Source of the DNA: a virus
Lineage: Duplodnaviria; Heunggongvirae; Uroviricota; Caudoviricetes
Reading direction: 5' to 3' (one strand)
Length of the DNA stretch: 5,197 nt
IMG/VR virus record: IMGVR_UViG_2671180433_000002
Every line of letters starts with the position of its first letter. The stretch's first letter is position 1. Made by a program: the position numbers and the translations under genes. The notes under the pieces were generated by a model. The model was not told the DNA's origin, ran no database searches, and worked only from the letters and a program-made list of their open reading frames with translations. Positions 1 through 5,197 of the stretch are shown one piece after another.

Positions 1-78
1 ATATTCGCCCTGACTTTCCAGAACCATACGGACTGCCCGTTGACGGACTTCAGGGGAAAAACGAGTATTTTTAGTCAT
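1..78 (-). CDS. IS629-like transposase OrfA, 5' portion only (26 codons; continues past window edge)
   Basis: Minus-strand ATG at 76-78, preceded by AGGA-containing AAACAGGATG context. Translation MTKNTRFSPEVRQRAVRMVLESQGEY is a typical IS3-family OrfA HTH N-terminus. Confidence 0.75.
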   Translation of the reverse strand, partial: MTKNTRFSPEVRQRAVRMVLESQGEY

Positions 79-132
79 CCTGTTTACCTCTTTCTCAGGA
101 AGTTTAGTCTCCAGGATTCCCGGGGCGGTTCA
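1..132 (-). mobile_element. IS629-like (IS3 family) insertion sequence, terminal fragment; left inverted repeat abuts 132 and the element continues beyond the window start
   Basis: Bases 1-132 are the exact reverse complement of 5066-5197. The terminal sequence TGAACCGCCCCGGGAATCC reads on the minus strand and ends at 132. The minus-strand ATG at 76-78 opens an ORF translating MTKNTRFSPEVRQRAVRMVLESQGEY, which I recognise as the N-terminus of IS629-type OrfA. Confidence 0.8.
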
Positions 133-671
133 TTGAGGAAAAACACTTCTTCAAACTTGAAGGTGAAACTTTACGTGAGTTCAAGCACAGAGTAGCTTTT
201 AACTACTCTGTGAAAATTGCCCGTAACGTTCGCTCCCTCATCCTCTGGACAGAACGAGGCGCAGCCCGTCACGCCAAAATGCTAGAAACCGATCAGGCGT
301 GGGATGTGTTCGAAAAACTGGAAGACTGCTATTTCAGCCAGTGCGAGAAAAATACTGGCAAACAAGAGAAGAAGCCCAACGGGCTTTCCGCAAAAGAAAC
401 AGACAGCCTTGTATGGCTGTGGGATTATGCCAACCGCTCACAGGCATTGTTCCGTGAGTTGTATCCCGCATTAAAACTGATTCAGTCTGGCTATTCCGGC
501 ATATGCCACGACTACGGCTATGAGTTCTCGTATATCATCGGGAGGGCGAGGGGCGTTTTAATTAATCACACGCGGGATATAGATATTTATGAGCCTGACG
601 GGCCGACGAACCTTCTGGCATGGGAAAGGCTTAAGAACAAAGAGTTGCCGCCTTCACTGCATCGCTACTGA
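133..671 (+). pseudogene. 5'-truncated phage regulatory protein (Rha/antirepressor-like N-domain remnant plus unassigned C-terminal domain); residual ORF annotated from GTG 210
   Basis: The frame of ORF 210-671 stays open upstream to the IS boundary at 133 ([32 protein letters not shown]...) with no ATG and no Shine-Dalgarno before GTG 210. The segment [28 protein letters not shown] resembles the C-terminal end of the Rha-type domain of the downstream antirepressor (LSPEFTARLVDRWRELE). Stop TGA at 669-671. Confidence 0.45.
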
Positions 672-687
672 CAATTGACAACTTAAC

Positions 688-714
688 AAACCCAGCTTCG
701 GCTGGGTTTTTTAT
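688..714 (+). terminator. Rho-independent terminator after the truncated gene
   Basis: Stem CCCAGC (691-696) pairs with GCTGGG (701-706) around loop TTCG, extended by AAA/TTT, followed by a T-run at 707-712. Confidence 0.7.
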
Positions 715-739
715 TGCTGAATTTTCAATATGAGAGGAC

Positions 740-1468
740 ATGACAATGAATGAGCTGATAAATAGCAGCATCATCAAAATGACCAGCATTGAAATCGCTG
801 AGTTGGTGGGGAGTCGTCCAGATAACGTAAAAATATCAATAGAGCGCCTGGCTGAATCTGGAGTTATTCAACTTCCTGCATTGCAGGTTTTCGAAAAAAT
901 CAATAACTTAGGACTGCGCCGTAGTGTCGAGGCTTACGTCTTCGAAGGCGAACAAGGTAAGCGAGACAGCATTATTGTCGTCGCCCAATTGTCGCCGGAA
1001 TTCACCGCTCGTCTTGTTGACCGTTGGCGAGAGCTTGAAGGGGCAACCGCGAAAATACCACAAACCTTTTCTGAGGCATTGCGCCTTGCGGCCGACCTTG
1101 AAGACCAGAAGGCTGAACTGGAGAAACAGCTTGCTCTCGCAGCACCTAAAGTTGAGTTTGCCGATCGAGTTGGCGAGGCCAGCGGAATTTTGATTGGAAA
1201 CTTTGCAAAGGTTGTTGGTATTGGTCCAAACAAACTGTTTGCGTGGATGCGCGATCACAAAATCCTTATTGCTTCAGGTTCCCGGCGCAATGTGCCAATG
1301 CAGGAATATATGGATCGCGGCTATTTCACAGTGAAAGAAACAGCGGTCAATACAAATCACGGAATACAGATCTCGTTCACCACAAAAATCACCGGGCGTG
1401 GTCAACAGTGGCTGACCAGAAAGCCGCTCGATAACGGAATGCTGAAAGTAACAGGGGAGGCTGCTTAA
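740..1468 (+). CDS. Phage antirepressor, N-terminal Rha-like domain plus C-terminal KilAC (ANT) domain
   Basis: 242 aa ORF. The N-terminus (SIEIAELVGSRPDNVKISIERL) has a Rha-like HTH. The C-terminal half (PKVEFADRVGEASGILIGNFAKVVGIGPNKLFAWMRDHKILI...YMDRGYFTVKE...TTKITGRGQQWL) matches the KilAC antirepressor domain pattern. GAGG at 734-737; ATG 746 is an alternative start with better spacing. Stop TAA overlaps the next start (TAATG). Confidence 0.8.
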   Translation: MTMNELINSSIIKMTSIEIAELVGSRPDNVKISIERLAESGVIQLPALQVFEKINNLGLRRSVEAYVFEGEQGKRDSIIVVAQLSPEFTARLVDRWRELEGATAKIPQTFSEALRLAADLEDQKAELEKQLALAAPKVEFADRVGEASGILIGNFAKVVGIGPNKLFAWMRDHKILIASGSRRNVPMQEYMDRGYFTVKETAVNTNHGIQISFTTKITGRGQQWLTRKPLDNGMLKVTGEAA

Positions 1469-1758
1469 TGGCTAACCTACGCAAAGAAGCGCGCGGCAGA
1501 GAATGCCAGGTACGGATTTACGGCGTATGCAATGGCAATCCTGAAACGACAGTTCTGGCACATTACCGGATGGCTGGAATTTGCGGAACGGGAATGAAGC
1601 CTGACGACCTGATCGGTGCATGGGCTTGTAGTGACTGCCACGCGGAGATCGACCGACGCACCCGAATTCTCGACAACAACGACGCCAGACTTTACCACCT
1701 GGAAGGCGTGATCAGGACGCAGGCGATATTGCTGAAGGAGGGGAAGATTAAGTCATGA
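1468..1758 (+). CDS. ybcO: YbcO-like DUF1364 protein (putative zinc-binding nuclease of lambdoid nin regions)
   Basis: 96 aa; MANLRKEARGRECQVRIYGVCNGNPETTVLAH...CSDCHAEIDRRT...RTQAILLKEGKIKS closely resembles the DLP12 YbcO sequence as I recall it, with four Cys in two pairs. GGGGAGG Shine-Dalgarno at 1453-1459. Lies immediately upstream of rusA as in DLP12. Confidence 0.85.
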   Translation: MANLRKEARGRECQVRIYGVCNGNPETTVLAHYRMAGICGTGMKPDDLIGAWACSDCHAEIDRRTRILDNNDARLYHLEGVIRTQAILLKEGKIKS

Positions 1759-2117
1759 ATGAATATGAGTTTGTGCTTCCCTGGCCGCCGACGGTGAATA
1801 CCTACTGGCGAAGACGGGGAAGCCAGTACTACATCAGCGATAAAGGCCAGAAATACCGAAAAGACGTACAGCAAATCATCCGGCAACTCAGATTAGACAT
1901 TTTCACTAAATCACGACTTCGCATCACAATTATTGCTGAACCACCAGATTCCCGCCGTCGCGACCTCGATAACATCCTGAAAGGTTTACTCGACTCTCTT
2001 ATCCACGCCGGATTTGCGGAAGACGACGAGCAATTCGATGACATTCGCGTAATTCGCGGCGTGAAAGTGCCTGGCGGTAGAGTGGGGATAAAAATCACCG
2101 AACTGGAGAACATTTGA
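1755..2117 (+). CDS. rusA: Crossover junction endodeoxyribonuclease RusA (Holliday junction resolvase)
   Basis: 120 aa; EFVLPWPPTVNTYWRRRG...RRRDLDNILKGLLDSLIHAGF..DDEQ..DIRVIRGVKVPGGRVGIKITE parallels E. coli RusA motifs (LPWPPS.N.YYR, RRRDLDN). ATG overlaps the ybcO stop (ATGA). Confidence 0.9.
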   Translation: MNEYEFVLPWPPTVNTYWRRRGSQYYISDKGQKYRKDVQQIIRQLRLDIFTKSRLRITIIAEPPDSRRRDLDNILKGLLDSLIHAGFAEDDEQFDDIRVIRGVKVPGGRVGIKITELENI

Positions 2118-2311
2118 TGAATGCTAAAATTCAAACGATACCTGAATTACTGATCTGCACCAGGGGAAATCAGACAGAAGTCGCCAGAATACTGAACTGC
2201 AATCGTGCTACAGTCAGAAAATACATTGATGATAAAGATGCGAAAAAGCACGCCGTCGTCAATGGCGTCCTTATGGTTCATCGCGGATGGGGTAAAGATA
2301 CTGATGCGTGA
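2117..2311 (+). CDS. ninH: NinH-like small DNA-binding protein
   Basis: [58 protein letters not shown] closely parallels lambda NinH as I recall it (..[50 protein letters not shown]). ATG 2117 overlaps the rusA stop (TGATG) with GGAG at 2105-2108; the ORF track's 2114 start is an in-frame TTG. Confidence 0.8.
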   Translation: MNAKIQTIPELLICTRGNQTEVARILNCNRATVRKYIDDKDAKKHAVVNGVLMVHRGWGKDTDA

Positions 2312-2738
2312 TATCCGGCAGGTTCTTGAGCGCTGGGGGGCATGGGCGGTAAATAACTATGAGGATGTTACATGGTCGCCCATTGCTGCCGGATTTAAGG
2401 GACTGATCCCCGAAAAAGTAAAATCACGTCCACAGTGCTGTGACGATGATGCGATGGTGATATGCGGGTGCATAGCCCGCCTTTACCGGAACAATCGCGA
2501 TCTGCATGACTTGCTGGTTGATTACTACGTGTTGGGGGAGACGTTCATGGCGCTGGCACGGAAACATGGGTGCTCTGACACCTGTATAGGTAAACGCCTT
2601 CACAAAGCGGAGGGGATTGTTGAAGGCATGCTGATGATGCTGGGAGTGAGGCTTGAGATGGATCGGTATGTTGAGCGTGAATTGCCGGGAGGGAGAAGCT
2701 CTGTATTTTATCAGCGAAAAAATAGTTTACGATCGTAA
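2304..2738 (+). CDS. Q: Late-gene antiterminator Q, Q82/QuuD-type
   Basis: From ATG 2304: [34 protein letters not shown]...[20 protein letters not shown]...[11 protein letters not shown] matches the N-terminus and Cys-rich zinc motif of QuuD-family Q proteins as I recall them. The start overlaps the ninH stop. The upstream in-frame extension from 2205 overlaps ninH and is not supported. Confidence 0.85.
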   Translation: MRDIRQVLERWGAWAVNNYEDVTWSPIAAGFKGLIPEKVKSRPQCCDDDAMVICGCIARLYRNNRDLHDLLVDYYVLGETFMALARKHGCSDTCIGKRLHKAEGIVEGMLMMLGVRLEMDRYVERELPGGRSSVFYQRKNSLRS

Positions 2739-2753
2739 AAATCTGCATATCAT
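2726..2753 (+). promoter_or_regulatory. Candidate late promoter pR' (-35 TTTACG 2726-2731, -10 TATCAT 2748-2753, 16 bp spacer), overlapping the 3' end of Q
   Basis: Hexamers read directly from the sequence, in the position expected for pR' immediately after Q in lambdoid phages. The match to consensus is modest and the spacer short. Confidence 0.3.
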
Positions 2754-2784
2754 GATAAGAGTGGTTACATTGCCACGCAGCCGA

Positions 2785-2808
2785 ACCCGCCGATGCGCGG
2801 GTTTTTTT
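2785..2808 (+). terminator. Rho-independent terminator, candidate tR' (target of Q antitermination)
   Basis: Stem ACCCGC (2785-2790) pairs with GCGGGT (2797-2802) around loop CGATGC, followed by a seven-T run (2802-2808), about 50 bp after the candidate pR'. Confidence 0.7.
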
Positions 2809-2988
2809 GTACCCAGAATCCTGTGAGCTATACGGAAAGTACACAGAAAGGAAGGTACGACCGCAATTAATAACAAAATCTTAAAAATCTCATATGGCAC
2901 TATTAGTTTTCTAAATATTGTATATTTTAAGTATTGCAGGATAACCCTGTAACGAAGTTTGCGTAACAGCATTTTGCTCTACGAGTTT

Positions 2989-3018
2989 GCCAGCCTCCCC
3001 TGGTGGCTGGCTTTTTTT
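2989..3018 (+). terminator. Rho-independent terminator
   Basis: Stem GCCAGCC (2989-2995) pairs with GGCTGGC (3005-3011) around a 9 nt loop, followed by seven Ts (3012-3018). Confidence 0.65.
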
Positions 3019-3252
3019 GTATCCGTTCAACGGGAATGTTACATACCTCACAATTAAGTCAGTTGAATGTTGTCTGCCCGGATGAGAATTTGTTAGAAAA
3101 AACTGCATGGTGAATCCCCCTGAGCGGAGGGGCGACTGGTGACGGTATAATCTCTGATTATCAAAACGAGAATGACGCGGGTTTAGTGGCACCGGGCTGA
3201 ACTCACCGGGAGGCACCCGGCACCATGCAATGGCACATAGCGCCACTCTCCA

Positions 3253-3278
3253 GCCCCTCTCCGGAGGGGCTTTCTTAT
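3253..3278 (+). terminator. Terminator-like hairpin with interrupted T tract
   Basis: Stem GCCCCTC (3253-3259) pairs with GAGGGGC (3264-3270) around tetraloop TCCG, followed by TTTCTTAT (3271-3278). Confidence 0.5.
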
Positions 3279-3282
3279 GGAC

Positions 3283-3310
3283 AAAAAAGCCCGCGCTGGG
3301 AGACGCGGGC
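3283..3310 (-). terminator. Minus-strand rho-independent terminator, convergent with the 3253-3278 hairpin
   Basis: Stem GCCCGCG (3289-3295) pairs with CGCGGGC (3304-3310) around an 8 nt loop. It is preceded on the + strand by AAAAAA (3283-3288), which is a U-run after the hairpin for a minus-strand transcript. There is no T-run after it on the + strand. Confidence 0.5.
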
Positions 3311-3503
3311 GGCAAGGAATGAACAATGAAACGTGAAGTAATATTTCAGCTGGCGAATAATACCCCATAGTAATCACTCTGCGCAACTGCGCGACCTTTT
3401 TCGAATTGCGGGCTGTAGTCTCCCTTCTGCCATTGTCCTGTAACTTCCGGACTTCAGCCCGCTCCTTATTTTACTCACAATATTATCCCGGCCGGGAGGA
3501 TTC

Positions 3504-5065
3504 ATGGCATTTAAACACTATGATGTTGTCAGGGCGGCGTCGCCGTCAGACCTTGCGAAACGAATAACTCAAAAACTGAAGGAAGGGTGGCAGCCTTATG
3601 GTAGTGCGCTGATTTCGACAGCTGGTTATGGTGCGGAGTTCATCCAGCCAGTTGTGAGTGAGGGGAGCATCTCATCACCAGAGGAGCCAGGCAACCGTCC
3701 GACGACCTCAGCGCCTTCTGTTGCGCCAGAATATTACTATGTGATCGCGCTTGCTGGTCAGTCCAATGGTATGTCATACGGTGAGGGACTGCCATTACCG
3801 GATACATTCGACAGCCCTGATCCACGTATTAAACAGTTAGCGCGTCGCAGTACGGTGACACCGGGCGGTGCAGCATGCAAATATAACGACATCATTCCGG
3901 CGGACCATTGTCTGCATGATGTGCAGGACATGAGCCGTCTTAACCATCCGAAAGCGGACCTGTCAAAGGGGCAGTACGGAACCGTGGGGCAGGGGCTGCA
4001 TATCGCCAAAAAACTGCTGCCGTTTATACCGGCGAATGCGGGCATTCTGCTGGTTCCGTGCTGTCGTGGTGGTTCAGCGTTCACCACCGGAGCTGATGGC
4101 ACATACAGTGACGCGAGTGGCGCCTCGGAGAATTCAACCCGCTGGGGTGTGGACAAGCCGCTGTATAAGGACCTTATCGGTCGAACAAAAGCGGCACTGG
4201 AGAAGAACCCGAAAAATGTGCTGTTTGCCGTGGTGTGGATGCAGGGGGAATTTGATTTTGGCGGTACGCCGGCAAATCATGCCGCACAGTTTGGTGCGCT
4301 GGTTGATAAATTCCGTGCAGACCTGGCGGATATGGCAGGCCAGTGCGTCGGTGGCTCTGCTGGCGGTGTTCCCTGGATATGCGGGGACACGACGTATTTC
4401 TGGAAGCAGAAGAACGAATCCACGTACCAGACGGTGTACGGCAGCTATAAAAATAAAACGGAAAAGAATATCCATTTCGTACCGTTCATGACCGATGAGA
4501 ACGGGGTGAATGTGCCGACGAACAAACCGGAAGAAGACCCGGACATTCCGGGTATCGGTTATTACGGTTCGAAATGGCGTGACAGCTCAGCCACCTGGAC
4601 GTCACAGGACAGGGCGAGCCATTTCAGTTCATGGGCTCGCCGTGGGATTATTTCCGACCGTCTGGCAACGGCGATTCTGAGCTGCGCGGGTAAGTCTTCT
4701 GCGTTTGTTAATGGTACTGCCGGGGTGGTTGTTCCAGACAGACCGGTTACCACCTCAGAGTCTGTAATTTTTTACGATGCCAAAAAAGCTACAGACAATC
4801 AGCTGAAACCCTATGGCTGGGACGGTGTGTATGGCAGGCGCACACTGGTTGATGACAGCGGCAATAAAGCTCTGCGAATTGAGAAAAATAACAGCGCGAA
4901 ATCCTGGTCAATGTACTGTGATATTGCTGCAGACAAGGCAAAACTTTTACTGGAAAAAGGCGGGGAAATTGCTGTCCGGTTTAAAATCCCCGAAAACGTC
5001 AATCTTGAGACAACCAGAAACAAGTATGCCTTTGGTTTGTACTGGCGAATAGCGGAATGGCCGGG
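3504..5065 (+). pseudogene. nanS-p: NanS-p-like prophage sialate (9-O-acetyl-Neu5Ac) O-acetylesterase, 3'-truncated by IS629 insertion (ORF runs to 5114 using IS-derived codons)
   Basis: N-terminal DUF1737-like segment (MAFKHYDVVRAASPSDLAKRITQKLKEGWQPYG), then an SGNH/SASA esterase block with the catalytic-serine motif (YYVIALAGQSNGMSYGEG). GGGAGGA Shine-Dalgarno at 3494-3500. The IS629 terminal repeat begins at 5066, so the last 16 codons ([15 protein letters not shown], stop at 5112-5114) are read from IS sequence. I recall full-length NanS-p proteins as roughly 600-650 aa, so about 100+ C-terminal residues are missing. Confidence 0.75.
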
Positions 5066-5197
5066 TGAACCGCCCCGGGAATCCTGGAGACTAAACTTCC
5101 TGAGAAAGAGGTAAACAGGATGACTAAAAATACTCGTTTTTCCCCTGAAGTCCGTCAACGGGCAGTCCGTATGGTTCTGGAAAGTCAGGGCGAATAT
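5066..5197 (+). mobile_element. IS629-like (IS3 family) insertion sequence, terminal fragment; left inverted repeat starts at 5066 and the element continues beyond the window end
   Basis: TGAACCGCCCCGGGAATCCTGGAGACTAAACTTCC starts at 5066. Bases 5066-5197 are the exact reverse complement of 1-132. The OrfA start ATG lies at 5120. Confidence 0.8.
5120..5197 (+). CDS. IS629-like transposase OrfA, 5' portion only (26 codons; continues past window edge)
   Basis: ATG at 5120 preceded by GAGG/AGGA; translation MTKNTRFSPEVRQRAVRMVLESQGEY. Confidence 0.75.
   Translation, partial: MTKNTRFSPEVRQRAVRMVLESQGEY

Noticed and set aside
908-1434. ORFs nested in the antirepressor gene on both strands (908-1258 -, 924-1193 +, 934-1233 -, 1243-1434 +)
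   Set aside because: They lie entirely within the well-supported antirepressor CDS in other frames, with low-complexity S/R/A-rich translations and no Shine-Dalgarno; they are typical shadow ORFs.
1477-2134. Minus-strand ORFs antisense to ybcO/rusA (1477-1698, 1692-1886, 1829-2134)
   Set aside because: They are antisense to confidently identified genes, with no recognisable motifs and no start context.
2205-2303. Upstream extension of the Q ORF (start at 2205 per ORF track)
   Set aside because: The extension overlaps ninH in another frame. The Q-family N-terminus ([13 protein letters not shown]) begins at ATG 2304, which also overlaps the ninH stop.
3187-3237. Sigma-54 promoter at the TGGCAC repeats
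   Set aside because: TGGCAC matches the -24 element, but none of the copies has a GC/TTGC -12 element at the required spacing.
3326-3370. 14-codon micro-ORF (MKREVIFQLANNTP) with AGGA 7 nt upstream
   Set aside because: Too short to support from sequence alone and it overlaps the candidate minus-strand promoter; kept only as a note, as it could be a leader peptide if ribosome profiling showed occupancy.
2545-3386. Minus-strand ORFs across the Q 3' end and intergenic region (2545-2844, 2727-2972, 2911-3315, 3183-3386)
   Set aside because: They run through several GC-rich terminator hairpins and an AT-rich tract, their translations are P/R/S-rich low-complexity, and there is no Shine-Dalgarno; most likely non-coding.
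2739-3503. tRNA genes or stx genes in the Q-nanS-p interval
   Set aside because: No T-loop-like GGTTCGAATCC-type motif with an acceptor-stem context was found. The only GGTTCGAAA occurrence (about 4565) is inside the esterase CDS. No ORF of stxA/stxB size exists. This was done by eye; a covariance search is still advisable.
3640-5158. Alternative-frame and antisense ORFs inside the nanS-p-like gene (3640-3825 -, 3758-4156 -, 4036-4491 +, 4134-4475 -, 4562-4753 -, 4811-5158 -, 4813-5052 +)
   Set aside because: All are embedded in the esterase CDS, whose frame carries the recognisable DUF1737 and GQSN motifs; the alternatives are R/C/P-rich shadow ORFs.
1-5197. CRISPR array or defence-system operon
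   Set aside because: No regularly spaced repeat-spacer structure and no ORFs beyond the known lambdoid nin/Q genes and the esterase; I cannot support a novel defence system here.

Overview
This window is a 4.9 kb fragment of a lambdoid prophage late-regulatory (nin/Q) region, bracketed by two inverted partial copies of an IS629-like (IS3 family) insertion sequence (1-132 and 5066-5197, exact reverse complements of each other). Between them, all on the + strand: a 5'-truncated phage regulatory gene (133-671), an intrinsic terminator, then a tightly overlapping operon of Rha/KilAC-type antirepressor, YbcO-like DUF1364 protein, RusA Holliday-junction resolvase, NinH and a Q82/QuuD-type antiterminator Q. 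This is followed by a 765 bp non-coding, hairpin-rich intergenic region (candidate pR'/tR' plus three more terminator-like hairpins, no tRNA, no stx), and then a NanS-p-like prophage sialate O-acetylesterase gene whose 3' end is cut off by the right-hand IS629 copy. I see no clearly novel multi-gene system; all coding content fits known lambdoid families. The unexplained material is the structured intergenic region, the unassigned C-terminal domain of the truncated first ORF, and the IS629-bracketed architecture. Protein identifications are from recalled family signatures, not database searches.
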